From Candidatus Oxydemutatoraceae bacterium (GTDB lineage Bacteria; Pseudomonadota; Gammaproteobacteria; Poriferisulfidales; Oxydemutatoraceae): a stretch of DNA of 64,000 nucleotides. The position numbers and the translations under genes are program-made. The notes beneath the pieces were generated by a model. That model ran no database searches, was not told the origin of the DNA, and saw only the letters and a program-made list of their open reading frames with translations. Position 1 is the first letter of the stretch. Every line of letters begins with the position of its first letter. The stretch is from the NCBI GenBank assembly GCA_965219575.1, contig OZ244779.1, forward strand, positions 96,001 to 160,000, written 5' to 3'. Shown here piece by piece: positions 54,356 through 64,000 of this stretch.

Positions 54356-54814
54356 ATGCGCCCTACAAGCTGCCCGAATAGCAAAAAGACGCGACATCGT
54401 CACTCCGGTTTCACTCTGATCGAGGTGTTGATTGCGGTGGTGGTGTTGGCAATCGCACTCGGCGCATCGCTCGATGCGCTCTCCAATTATTCTGCCGCCC
54501 AATCGCATTTGCGCGAGCGTTATATGGCACATTTAGTCGCATGGAATACATTGATTAATATACACAATAATCAGAATATCGACGATCAATGCGAAAATAT
54601 CGGGTCGTCCGAAGGCTACGAGGAACAGGCGGGGGCGCGCTGGAATTGGCTACAAAGCGTTGAAGTCATTAGCGTAGTCGGCGACGGCGACAGCTCTATT
54701 ATCGGCGGCGACGAGTTTGAAATACCGCCGCTGTTCTCGGTAGAAGTCTATGTGCCTAATGCCGACCCCGATCAGGTGCGTCCCAGAGCAACTTTGAGCA
54801 TCATCGCCTGCTAA
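54356..54814 (+). CDS. gspI: Type II secretion minor pseudopilin I
   Basis: GFTLIEVLIA, AHLVAWN, G...AGARWNW. Confidence 0.88.
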   Translation: MRPTSCPNSKKTRHRHSGFTLIEVLIAVVVLAIALGASLDALSNYSAAQSHLRERYMAHLVAWNTLINIHNNQNIDDQCENIGSSEGYEEQAGARWNWLQSVEVISVVGDGDSSIIGGDEFEIPPLFSVEVYVPNADPDQVRPRATLSIIAC

Positions 54815-54817
54815 AAA

Positions 54818-55489
54818 ATGCATAAATCAATCGGCTTCACTCTAATAGAAGTACTGATTGCTATGGCGGTATTCGCGGTCATCTCGGCGATGACTTTTCA
54901 GGGTTTACAAACTTCGATGATGGTACAGCAAAAGGCGGAGGAACGCTCCGCCGAACTCAACGACATTCAACTGGTGATGACATTGCTGTTAGACGACTTT
55001 TTGAATATCACGCGCCGCCCGATATTACCGGCATTGGGTGAGGATCGTCTTCCGGCATTTCAGGAGGAGAGTAGTGAGTACACCACCGATAACAGTTACT
55101 TTTGTGAAGTTTCGTTTAGCCGTGCCGGGTTGGAACCGGGGGGATTGATACGCTCGGGGCTTCACCGAGTCGCTTATTGCCAGCAAGAAGATAAGCTCTA
55201 CCGCTTGTCGTGGCCGGTTTTGGATCGGGCGCAAGATAGTCAACCGGTTGTCAGTATTTTGCTGGAAGGCGTTGTTTCCTTCGATGTGCGCCCCTATTGG
55301 AGCTTGATACGCGAACAAGATCAAAATAGCCGCGCCTACCTCGAATCGTTGCCTACCAACGAAGGAGACGAAGGCACCGGCATAGAAGTAGAGCTCGTGC
55401 TAAGAGATCAAAACGATAACGAGCGCGCGTTTACTCGGCGTTTTCCGGGTTTGGGAGAATATCCATGGCGTTTGCTAGATGAACAATAA
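54818..55489 (+). CDS. gspJ: Type II secretion minor pseudopilin J
   Basis: GFTLIEVLIAMAVFA, RSGLHRVAY, LYRLSWPVLDRA. Confidence 0.92.
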   Translation: MHKSIGFTLIEVLIAMAVFAVISAMTFQGLQTSMMVQQKAEERSAELNDIQLVMTLLLDDFLNITRRPILPALGEDRLPAFQEESSEYTTDNSYFCEVSFSRAGLEPGGLIRSGLHRVAYCQQEDKLYRLSWPVLDRAQDSQPVVSILLEGVVSFDVRPYWSLIREQDQNSRAYLESLPTNEGDEGTGIEVELVLRDQNDNERAFTRRFPGLGEYPWRLLDEQ

Positions 55490-56927
55490 TCGTTATCAAG
55501 ATATAATTCGTGTCGACCGCAATAGAAAAAACTCGGGTATCGCGCTGATTACCGTGATGATTGTAGTGGCTTCGGTTTCCGCAACCGCCTCGTGGTTGCT
55601 CTACGGTCAAAATCTGGATACAGCTCGTATGACTCGTGTCCTAGAGAAGGAACAAGCTGTTTTACTTGCCCTGTCGCTGGAGAAAATGGCTGCCGATATC
55701 TTGGAGGAAGATCGCTCGGAGCAAGGCGAACAAGGCTACGATTATTATGCCACTTTAGTAAACCCCGACTGGCAGCCGAACGATGACGACGACGAATACG
55801 ATGACGATGTAGAGGATATAGACGATGAGGAGAACGGCGATAGAGATGAAGACGAAGAAGAGGATGAAACCGAAGAGGATGAAGGCGACGAAGACGAAGA
55901 AGACGAGAACGACGACGATTACTACGACAACGAAGACGAGGAGGAGAAAGAAAAACATAAAAATCAAAGCTGGTCGGACACCGATCAACTAGCGGAAAAA
56001 ATAACGCCGATGATCGGCAAGTTTGAAAACTTGGGGTTGCAAGAAACCAAACTCTGCATTTACGACTTGCAGGCTATGCTCAATGTCAATAACATGCTAC
56101 TCGGTGGACAAGTGACCCGTATACAAGGTGTCAACAAAGTCGATAACAGTTATTTCGATACCGAGGAGAATCCACCGGCTCGGGCCGACTGGTATGCGCA
56201 GCGTTTTAGAGAATTGTATTCCAGAAAGGATATAGATTTGGACGACAGCGATGTCGGCGAGTTTTTGGACAACTTGCGAGACTGGTTGGACTATAACGAC
56301 GATTACAGACCTAGAGGAGCCGAGAGCTCCGACTATAGTTTCGAAAAGCCCTCTTACCGCACAGCCAACGGACCTATCGCTTCCATACAGGAGCTCTATC
56401 TTATTAAAGTGTTCAAAGAGTTTCCACTGAAAAGTAGCGGACACCCCGACGACGGTGATTTTGAATTGGGGATGGACGATATATTGGCTTATCTCGTCGC
56501 ACTACCCACCGATGCACCCAACGGCAAACGGATTAATATCAATAATGCACCTATTGCCGTGCTTGCAACGCTACCTTATATAGGCAGTGACAACGCACAA
56601 GAACTTTATAGAGATATACGAAAAGCACCGCTGAGAAATAGAAAAGCTATAAACAACCTCTTAAAGCCTTATATAGAAAACGATAAAAAACGGCAATGGT
56701 ATAAGGAATACTTGGACGTACAAAGCCGATTTTTTGCCTCCTATATAGAATTGAGCATAGGACAAGGCAACAGTCGGACGACGACGCGCATGCACAGTTT
56801 GTTTTACCGTGAGGCGTTGGATGCACCCTACAAGGTTTATGTGCTTGAACGGCATTATATAGGGTACAATCCCTACGAGATTATGGAAAGAGCAATGTCC
56901 CTAAATAATAATTGTTATGACAGTTAG
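55479..56927 (+). CDS. gspK: Type II secretion minor pseudopilin K with a polyacidic insertion
   Basis: GIALITVM, DLQAMLNVN, DWLD..D....GAE...Y, YRTANG, ININNAP. Confidence 0.9.
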   Translation: MNNNRYQDIIRVDRNRKNSGIALITVMIVVASVSATASWLLYGQNLDTARMTRVLEKEQAVLLALSLEKMAADILEEDRSEQGEQGYDYYATLVNPDWQPNDDDDEYDDDVEDIDDEENGDRDEDEEEDETEEDEGDEDEEDENDDDYYDNEDEEEKEKHKNQSWSDTDQLAEKITPMIGKFENLGLQETKLCIYDLQAMLNVNNMLLGGQVTRIQGVNKVDNSYFDTEENPPARADWYAQRFRELYSRKDIDLDDSDVGEFLDNLRDWLDYNDDYRPRGAESSDYSFEKPSYRTANGPIASIQELYLIKVFKEFPLKSSGHPDDGDFELGMDDILAYLVALPTDAPNGKRININNAPIAVLATLPYIGSDNAQELYRDIRKAPLRNRKAINNLLKPYIENDKKRQWYKEYLDVQSRFFASYIELSIGQGNSRTTTRMHSLFYREALDAPYKVYVLERHYIGYNPYEIMERAMSLNNNCYDS

Positions 56928-56994
56928 AACTTATAGTTATTAATCTATTTAGGACTATCTTTAAGAGAATTGACCAAAAAACTTCACCAAAGCA

Positions 56995-58101
56995 ATGTGG
57001 AAAATAACACCGGATTCGGAACTTGTAGAAATAGCGGCAAAAAACGGAAGAAGTAAAGATACGGTCTGGCTACCCATAGACGAGTTCGCTTTTTTTCAAC
57101 CCGAAATGCCGGCTAAAAGCAAAAAGTCATGGCGGCAAACCATACCTTTTGCACTTGAGGACTTGCTTATCATGCCGGTAGAAAAAACACATTTTGCGTT
57201 TGACCCGAATGCAGACCGGCAAGTTTCGGTTATTGCCGTTTCAAAACAGCAATTAGACGACTATTTGGCATTGACCCGAGAACAACAAGCACAACCGCGT
57301 AAAATGATTCCCGAGCTATACGCTTTACCGTACACCGACGAACAACTCACGGTGTGGCACGAGGGTGAGCGTTGTTTGATGAGAGATGGCTATCATTCGG
57401 GTGGTGCCGGCAGTATAGACTGGATCGCCTCCTTAGCCTCGGTACATGTGCATACCAATCACCTGAATATATATAGCGATAACCCCCAGGCCTTACCCGA
57501 TGCCTGGCAACAAGATGCCCAAGCTCTACCCGCACCGCTCGATGAAATGATGGGCGGCGGTGCGCCGCCCGATGCGATCAACCTATTACAAGGCGAATAC
57601 GCCACAAGCAATGCTACCGCAACTTATCTCAAACCATGGCGAGCAGCGATAGCATTGGCATTGATCGCCTTCGGGGCACACTTGGCCGTAATGTTTTTTG
57701 ATACACAACGCTACGATTTGTATACCGAAAATGCCCGGCTTCAATCCGAGCAGTTGGTTAAACAATTAAAGATACCGGGCGGCGATGTGTCGGATGTGCG
57801 AGCTCAGGTGGCACGCTACATAGAATACCTGAGGTCTTATAGCGAGCAACGACAGGAGAATGCTTGGTCTATGTTGGTGCGAGTCGATAAACTACTGTCC
57901 AACTGTTTGCTTTGCCGTGTAGAAAGACTAGAGTTAGACAGCGACAGCCTCGAACTGGATGTGAGTTTTACCGAAAAGAATGATAACTTTAAGAATAAGA
58001 TTGAAAGTCTGGCGGATTTCGATGTGGAATCCAAACAACTCCCGAATACTGCCGAGGGACGCAGCCTGATGCAGTTTAAGTTAAGCGAGGCGAAGTCTTA
58101 G
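56995..58101 (+). CDS. gspL: Type II secretion protein L
   Basis: IPFALEDLL, INLLQGEY, PWRAA followed by a TM helix; gene order. Confidence 0.88.
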   Translation: MWKITPDSELVEIAAKNGRSKDTVWLPIDEFAFFQPEMPAKSKKSWRQTIPFALEDLLIMPVEKTHFAFDPNADRQVSVIAVSKQQLDDYLALTREQQAQPRKMIPELYALPYTDEQLTVWHEGERCLMRDGYHSGGAGSIDWIASLASVHVHTNHLNIYSDNPQALPDAWQQDAQALPAPLDEMMGGGAPPDAINLLQGEYATSNATATYLKPWRAAIALALIAFGAHLAVMFFDTQRYDLYTENARLQSEQLVKQLKIPGGDVSDVRAQVARYIEYLRSYSEQRQENAWSMLVRVDKLLSNCLLCRVERLELDSDSLELDVSFTEKNDNFKNKIESLADFDVESKQLPNTAEGRSLMQFKLSEAKS

Positions 58102-58130
58102 CCGCATTAAATTCAAACGGATATCAAGCT

Positions 58131-58640
58131 ATGTCGTTATTACCCGCCGGATTATGGAATGAAAGAGAACCTCGAGAAAAGGTTCTGCTGATTGCCCTAT
58201 TGATTTTTGTGATTTCTGCGGTGTTTTACACGATGGTTTATCAACCGCTGCAAAGCCAATATGCACAAGCCCAAATACAATACCGGCAAGCCGAAAAAGA
58301 TTACCGCTGGGTGCGTAGCCAAATAGCAACCATCGCCGGACTTAAAGTTACCGCACGCGGTGCCGATTTGGCAATGGGAGGAATCGGTGGACTACGCACG
58401 GAGATAGATCAGAGCCTCCAGAAGTATAAACTTAAAGCCGATGTCGCACTCGTAGACGAAGAGGAGGGTAGCAAACTTATAGAGATAAAGCTAGACGATG
58501 CCGGCGGGCGCGACGTACTGAGGTGGCTGGAGGAAAGCATGCAAAGCGGACACCTTTTACATACATTCGACCTCGATCATAAAGGGGACGGCAAGGTGTC
58601 GGCGGTTGCCTACTTCGAATTAACACAATCCGATAACTAA
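58131..58640 (+). CDS. gspM: Type II secretion protein M
   Basis: W..REPREK, TM helix, YQPL; gene order. Confidence 0.85.
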   Translation: MSLLPAGLWNEREPREKVLLIALLIFVISAVFYTMVYQPLQSQYAQAQIQYRQAEKDYRWVRSQIATIAGLKVTARGADLAMGGIGGLRTEIDQSLQKYKLKADVALVDEEEGSKLIEIKLDDAGGRDVLRWLEESMQSGHLLHTFDLDHKGDGKVSAVAYFELTQSDN

Positions 58641-58654
58641 TCATATAAATTGTC

Positions 58655-59431
58655 ATGTGGTTAATCCTTAAAATACTATCGTTTTTTGTGTTGCTGGTGC
58701 TTGTAGTGCTGTCCTTTGTAGTGACAATACCGCTTCGCTTTATCGTCGACAATGTGCCTGCCGTACCGCTGCCGATACAAATCAATCATGTGCAAGGCAC
58801 CGTACCCGACGGCAGCATGCTGTTTGTTTTACAAGATTTACCGTTCTCACCCGAGATCAATTCCAAATTAAAAACGCTTGCGGTTTCTTGGCAGTGGTGC
58901 CCCAGCCTCGATATCGGAATATCGACTATGTGCGTGGAAGCCGACACCGAACTCGTGCAGGGTGCCTTAAAGACCGTAATTTCCCCCGTTGCGACCGAAC
59001 TATACGATGTGTCGCTCACCAGCGAAGTCAAACGTCTGCCGGTGCCTATAGCAAACAATACGATGGAGATCAGCGGGAATCTACAGCTGTCGCTCGCTAA
59101 TATCTTCATACCGTTAGACACGCCGTTTCCTAGCCGCATACAAGGTGAAATCGTATTACAAGACTTAATTCTCGGCATCTTCAATCTGGGTAATTTCCGT
59201 TTCGATTTGAGCTCCGATGAAAACGAAGAGTTGAGTGCACAAATAACAGGAAGCGGAGAACTCTTTAACGCACAAGGTGTGGCAGGCTTGAACAAGGCGG
59301 GGGAATATAGATATAACATTGATGTTGAAAGCGGGCATACGCTGGTACGCAACTTTTTATCCCAACAAGGACAAGCTAACAATGAAGGGGGGTACCGTTT
59401 AGCCAAAACAGGCGTTTTACCCGTAATGTGA
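58655..59431 (+). CDS. gspN: Type II secretion protein N
   Basis: N-terminal TM, VQGTV, VSWQW; follows gspM. Confidence 0.78.
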   Translation: MWLILKILSFFVLLVLVVLSFVVTIPLRFIVDNVPAVPLPIQINHVQGTVPDGSMLFVLQDLPFSPEINSKLKTLAVSWQWCPSLDIGISTMCVEADTELVQGALKTVISPVATELYDVSLTSEVKRLPVPIANNTMEISGNLQLSLANIFIPLDTPFPSRIQGEIVLQDLILGIFNLGNFRFDLSSDENEELSAQITGSGELFNAQGVAGLNKAGEYRYNIDVESGHTLVRNFLSQQGQANNEGGYRLAKTGVLPVM

Positions 59432-59560
59432 TAGAACCGCCGATTGAGCCAAATAACCGTTCTTTGTTGCAGTAGCACAAGGAACGTTACGTTATGCGAG
59501 GTTTAACTATTTATGGTTATTAGAAATAATAATAATGTCAAAGGTCAATCGGCGTGACAT

Positions 59561-60068
59561 GGGACTGTTGAAAAAGTATTCCATAGAGTGGTAGGGGCGG
59601 ACTTGCATGTCCGCCCGAAACGTATCATGTTTGCACGATTAACGCGTTCACCCATTAATATTGTGGAAACCATTATTTGTTGGCGCAAGCGGTTACGGTT
59701 ATTCTGGATGCTACTTAAGGGCAGACATATAAGTCTGCCCCTACAGGTGGGTTGGATAATTATGTGGCGCAAGCGGTTACGATCGTGCAAAACGGTATTT
59801 TTCAACAGTCCCACATGGGACTGTTGAAAAAGTATTTCATAAAGTTGTAGGGGCGGACTTGTATGTCCGCCCGAAACGTATCATGTTTGCACGATTAACG
59901 CGTTCACCCATTAATATTGTGGAAACCATTATTTGTTGGCGCAAGCGGTTACGGTTATTCTGGACGCTACTTAAGGGCAGACATATAAGTCTGCCCCTAC
60001 AGGTGGTCTGCGTAATTGAGGGGCGCAAGCGGTTACGATCGTGCAAAACGGTATTTTTCAACAGTCCC
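59561..60068. mobile_element. Tandem pair of MITE family A copies
   Basis: ACAT-[59561-59812]-ACAT-[59817-60068]-ACAT, with perfect TIRs GGGACTGTTGAAAAA. Confidence 0.92.
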
Positions 60069-60106
60069 ACATTACTACTTTGCGCTTACAAAAATCGGCT
60101 GAGTGT

Positions 60107-60134
60107 TTGACATCTCCGTTTTTTCGATTAAAAT
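60107..60134 (+). promoter_or_regulatory. Sigma70 promoter of the rpsF operon
   Basis: TTGACA-16 nt-TAAAAT. Confidence 0.7.
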
Positions 60135-60146
60135 AATTTTCTTTTG

Positions 60147-60180
60147 TTCCTTGCCCGTATGGGCAAAAACCATAAGGAGC
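60147..60180 (+). promoter_or_regulatory. Putative S6:S18-binding rpsF leader
   Basis: TTCCTTG-CCC..GGGC-AAAAACCATAAGGAG can pair to sequester the RBS, resembling gammaproteobacterial rpsF leaders. Confidence 0.55.
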
Positions 60181-60184
60181 CATT

Positions 60185-60760
60185 ATGCGACATTACGAAA
60201 TTGTATTTCTGGTGCACCCCGAGCAAAGTACGCAAGTGCCGGAAATGATAGAACGATATAAATCCATTATAGAATCAAGCAACGGCAAGGTGCACCGTTT
60301 GGAGGATTGGGGGCTTCGGCAGCTTGCGTATCCTATAAAAAAATCAAACGAGGCATATTATGTGCTGATGAACATAGAATGCACCCAACAAGTGCGCAAA
60401 GAGATTGCGGACTCCTTCCATTTTAGCGATGCCGTATTGAGAAACCTGATTTTGAGCAAAGAAAACCCGATTATTAAACATTCGCCTATTAAACAGGCAA
60501 TGGAAAAAGCCGAAAAATTGAAGCATGAAAGGGAGCAAGCCTTAACCGCCGCCGACATGGAAAAAGCTCCCTCTTCTAAACCCAAAGATAAACACATCAA
60601 AGAGACTGACGAAGACAAATCGGCTCACGAAACGGATGCCGTAGAGGCAACCGAGAGCAAAGCACAACCGGATAAAAGTGATAATGAAAAATCCGAAGAA
60701 ATCGATAATGCCCCAAACAATCCCACGGAGGACAAACATGTTGACCCCACAAAAAACTAA
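60185..60760 (+). CDS. rpsF: 30S ribosomal protein S6 with a long charged tail
   Basis: [26 protein letters not shown]. Confidence 0.97.
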   Translation: MRHYEIVFLVHPEQSTQVPEMIERYKSIIESSNGKVHRLEDWGLRQLAYPIKKSNEAYYVLMNIECTQQVRKEIADSFHFSDAVLRNLILSKENPIIKHSPIKQAMEKAEKLKHEREQALTAADMEKAPSSKPKDKHIKETDEDKSAHETDAVEATESKAQPDKSDNEKSEEIDNAPNNPTEDKHVDPTKN

Positions 60761-60962
60761 AAAATACTGCCGCTTCACACGAGAAAATTGTCAAGAGATC
60801 GATTATAAAGATATAGACCTCTTAAAAGATTACATTTCCGACACCGGCAAAATTATCCCCAGACGGGTGACCGGCACTAAAGCGATGTACCAAAGCAGAC
60901 TTGCCAATGCCATCAAACTCGCACGCTATTTGGCATTACTACCGTATACCGATAGGCACTAA
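60738..60962 (+). CDS. rpsR: 30S ribosomal protein S18
   Basis: [34 protein letters not shown]. Confidence 0.97.
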   Translation: MLTPQKTKKYCRFTRENCQEIDYKDIDLLKDYISDTGKIIPRRVTGTKAMYQSRLANAIKLARYLALLPYTDRH

Positions 60963-60987
60963 ATAATTCCTCTAAGGTGATAAAGAG

Positions 60988-61557
60988 ATGGAAATAATTT
61001 TAATAGATAAAATCAAAAACTTAGGCGACGTGGGTGATGTCGTAAAAGTGCGGTCGGGTTATGCACGCAATTACCTAATCCCCTACGGTAAAGCTAAATT
61101 TGCAACCGAAGAAAACCGGTTAGAAATTGAACGACGACGCGCCGAATACGAAAGACATGTGTCCGAAGATCGAGCTTTAGCCAAAGAGCACGCCGAAAAG
61201 TTGAAAGATTTGGATTTAACCATCAGCGTACAAGCAATGGAGGACGGACGACTCTACGGTTCGGTCAGCATCACCGAAGTTTGCAAACTCGTCCTTCAAA
61301 AGTGCGGAATCGAATTACAGAAACAAGAGATTAATTTTCCCGAAGGTCAAATACGCTCGCTCGGTTCACACGCCGTGGTATTCAATCTGCATAGCGATGT
61401 GCAGGTGGCGGCTCAGCTACAAGTCGTGTCGGCACGACAGTCGCCTTCCGATGAGAATATCCAACAAGAAAATCTCGAAGACCAATCTTCGGAAGAAACC
61501 CCTGCAGATTTATCGCCTCAAGAAAGCCCCGATGCCGCTAAGACCGATAGTGGCTAA
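60988..61557 (+). CDS. rplI: 50S ribosomal protein L9
   Basis: LGDVGDVVKVRSGYARNYLIP, GRLYGSV. Confidence 0.97.
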   Translation: MEIILIDKIKNLGDVGDVVKVRSGYARNYLIPYGKAKFATEENRLEIERRRAEYERHVSEDRALAKEHAEKLKDLDLTISVQAMEDGRLYGSVSITEVCKLVLQKCGIELQKQEINFPEGQIRSLGSHAVVFNLHSDVQVAAQLQVVSARQSPSDENIQQENLEDQSSEETPADLSPQESPDAAKTDSG

Positions 61558-61590
61558 ACCGTAGGATATAACAAGCTGCCCGATAATACG

Positions 61591-63033
61591 ATGGAAAACT
61601 CCGCTTTGAATCAAAACACCTCGGGCGCACATGCTCCCCCACATTCGACCGAAGCGGAACAAGCGGTAATCGGAGGGCTACTGTTAGACCCCGAAGCGTT
61701 TGATAAAATTGCCGATGTTTTGAAAAAAAACGATTTTTATGAAAAGCGTAACCAAGATCTGTTCAATGCGATCTACGAATTAAATCAGCGCGGAGAACCG
61801 TGCGATTTTATTACCGTATCCAACTTCTTAAAAAGTTCGAAAAAAACCGACGATACCACCCTATCTTATTTAACATCGCTGGTCAAAGAAACACCGAGTG
61901 CTGCGCGCATTAAGACCTATGCCGACATCGTTCGCGAACATGCCGCTAAACGCCGACTTATTTCCGTTGCGACGAAGCTCATAGAACTGGCATACAGCAA
62001 GGGCGAGCAGAGTAGCCGAGAGCTACTCAATAAAGCCGAGCAGTTAATACTCAATGTGTCGGACGAAACCCAAAAAACGACCGACCTTCGCTCGATCGCG
62101 GAACTCAGCAATATCGTATACGAACAAATCCAAAAACGTTCGGAATCGGACGAGCTTATAACCGGTGTGCCTACCGGCTTTACCACCATAGACGATAAAA
62201 CCGGCGGATTACAGAAAGGCGATTTGATTATTATCGCCGGGCGACCCTCTATGGGTAAAACCAGCTTGGCATTGAATATCGCCGAGCATGTAGCAATCGA
62301 AAAACAACAAGGAACCGTTGCCATATTCAGCATGGAAATGCCTGCCGAACAGATTATTTCCAGATTATTCTCCTCGGCTGCCAAAATCAACCAAATGCAT
62401 ATGCGTAGCGGTAAATTGACCGATACAGAATGGGCTAGCTTAATAAAATGGCTCGGTATTTTTAAGAAAGCCTCTTTGTACATAGACGACAGTAGTACCT
62501 TAACGGATATAGATGTTTGTGCGCGAGTAAGACGACTAAAGCGCGAACAACCCGACCTTGCTTTGGTGATCGTGGATTACCTGCAACTGATGCATCTGGA
62601 TAGAACTATTGAAAATCGTGCCGTTGAAATCTCCGTTATTTCTCGTGCCTTAAAGTCGCTCGCCCGCGAGGTCAAAGTGCCGGTGGTTGCCTTATCGCAA
62701 CTCAACCGCAATATCGAGAGTCGTAGAACCAAACCGCAAATGTCCGATTTACGAGAATCCGGGGCTATAGAACAAGATGCAGACCTCATCATGGCCATTT
62801 ATCGCGAACTCGATAGAGGCAATCTAAGCGAAGGCAGGTCTACGACAACCGACGGTGTAATCAATGTAGATATAGTCAAACAACGCAACGGTCCTACCTT
62901 CGACACCAAGCTAACATTCATAGGCAAACATACGCGCTTTGAAAATTATATTTCCGAGGATGTTGCGGAATCGGTAGAACGAGCGACCCCTACTTTTATA
63001 AAAAGCTATAATGACTTGAAAGAGGATTTTTAA
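61591..63033 (+). CDS. dnaB: Replicative DNA helicase
   Basis: PPHSTEAEQAV, AGRPSMGKT, VDYLQLM, LSQLNR, SDLRESGAIEQDAD; no intein. Confidence 0.98.
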   Translation: MENSALNQNTSGAHAPPHSTEAEQAVIGGLLLDPEAFDKIADVLKKNDFYEKRNQDLFNAIYELNQRGEPCDFITVSNFLKSSKKTDDTTLSYLTSLVKETPSAARIKTYADIVREHAAKRRLISVATKLIELAYSKGEQSSRELLNKAEQLILNVSDETQKTTDLRSIAELSNIVYEQIQKRSESDELITGVPTGFTTIDDKTGGLQKGDLIIIAGRPSMGKTSLALNIAEHVAIEKQQGTVAIFSMEMPAEQIISRLFSSAAKINQMHMRSGKLTDTEWASLIKWLGIFKKASLYIDDSSTLTDIDVCARVRRLKREQPDLALVIVDYLQLMHLDRTIENRAVEISVISRALKSLAREVKVPVVALSQLNRNIESRRTKPQMSDLRESGAIEQDADLIMAIYRELDRGNLSEGRSTTTDGVINVDIVKQRNGPTFDTKLTFIGKHTRFENYISEDVAESVERATPTFIKSYNDLKEDF

Positions 63034-63084
63034 GCGGTTTTTATTTATGTTTACTCAACCACTACATCTTTTCACTTTCTTGCC

Positions 63085-64000
63085 ATGATTCGCTCGCTGA
63101 ATAAACATCTAGATATTCAGGCACTCAAAAGCAATTATGATTATTTGCAGAAGTTCTGTGCGCCTGCCAAAGCCATCACGGTAATAAAATCGGAAGCCTA
63201 CGGGCACGGTTTGCTGAGGGTTGCAAAAGCACTAAAGAATGCCGACGGTTTTGCGGTTGCTTGCATCAGCGAGGGCATTGCGCTACGCCGAGCAGGCGTT
63301 AGCCAGAGAATTGTCGTACTACAAGGCGGACACGGACTGCAGGATATAGAGCTGGCTCGCAACTATAACTTGACACTCGTTATACATTGTCAACGCCAAA
63401 TAGACGGCTTGCAACAAAACAACTGCCGAGGACTTGCTTTCTGGGTTAAGTTCGATACCGGGATGCACCGCTTGGGCTTTAATTGGATCGAACATAAAAC
63501 CGTAGTGCCGGCATTATTAAACCTCCGAGGTCTCGCCGGTCCTCTGGTACTCATGTCGCACTTTTGTTGCGCCGACGGCAACGAGGCACTGACTCGCATG
63601 CAATTACAAAAGTTTGAAGATCTCTGTGCTTATTACGAAAAAGAGGGCGTGCAGGCATCCATTGCCAACTCCGCTGCAACCTTAAGCCTGCCCGAGTCTC
63701 ATAAAGACTGGGTCAGGTCGGGACTTTCCGTCTACGGGGTGACAGCTAAAAATGCCCCGCTCAAACACAAAGGGAAATTAAAACCGGTGATGCGCTTAAC
63801 GGCCCCGGTTATCGCCGTACGCGACTTTAATAAAGGCGATCGCTTGGGTTACAACGGCGAATACATATGCACAAGAAAAACACAGGCCGCAATCATCGGA
63901 GCCGGTTATGGCGACGGCTATCCATGGCATGCGGTATCGGGAACACCTGTTTGGTTATCGGGTCAACGATGTCATATCGCCGGACATGTATCGATGGATA
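63085..64000 (+). CDS. alr: Alanine racemase (3' end off the window)
   Basis: Translated by hand: VIKSEAYGHG, KFDTGMHRLG, MSHF, SIANSAA, GYGDGYP. Confidence 0.93.
   Translation, partial: MIRSLNKHLDIQALKSNYDYLQKFCAPAKAITVIKSEAYGHGLLRVAKALKNADGFAVACISEGIALRRAGVSQRIVVLQGGHGLQDIELARNYNLTLVIHCQRQIDGLQQNNCRGLAFWVKFDTGMHRLGFNWIEHKTVVPALLNLRGLAGPLVLMSHFCCADGNEALTRMQLQKFEDLCAYYEKEGVQASIANSAATLSLPESHKDWVRSGLSVYGVTAKNAPLKHKGKLKPVMRLTAPVIAVRDFNKGDRLGYNGEYICTRKTQAAIIGAGYGDGYPWHAVSGTPVWLSGQRCHIAGHVSMD

Noticed and set aside
58786-59478. Long antisense ORFs (also 13806-14381 and 61917-62483)
   Set aside because: They lie almost entirely opposite well-supported genes and have no recognisable motifs.

Overview
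Chromosomal window of a gammaproteobacterium that is probably a sulfur oxidiser; a host-associated lifestyle is inferred, not shown. The core backbone comprises fxsA-cutA-dsbD-tlpA, folP, lepA, queA-tgt, a soxXYZAKB cluster without soxCD, pyrB-pyrC'-pyrK-yggS, aroC, aat, trxB, engB, T2SS gspF-N and rpsF-rpsR-rplI-dnaB-alr. Accessory content is: (i) large secreted proteins, namely two paralogous GLUG-type surface proteins, a CLCA-like metalloprotease-VWA protein with GlyGly-CTERM, and two unrelated proteins sharing a terminal KVFLEG[AP]L motif; (ii) two nuclease genes (Mrr-like and GIY-YIG), each driven by a duplicated ~550-bp module that holds a coiled-coil membrane gene and a sigma70 promoter with a poly-C tract in the -35/-10 spacer (candidate phase-variable defence cassettes); (iii) a defence island (orphan HipA, T5orf172, type III R-M flanked by a duplicated engB 3' end); (iv) a bufferin-like DUF2282/DUF692/DUF2063 cluster; (v) at least 13 copies of a modular TIR-bounded MITE enclosing GTAG-type REP hairpins, plus two further hairpin repeat families. 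No rRNA, tRNA, CRISPR array, transposase or integrase was seen. All calls rest on motif recognition by eye; no database search was run.
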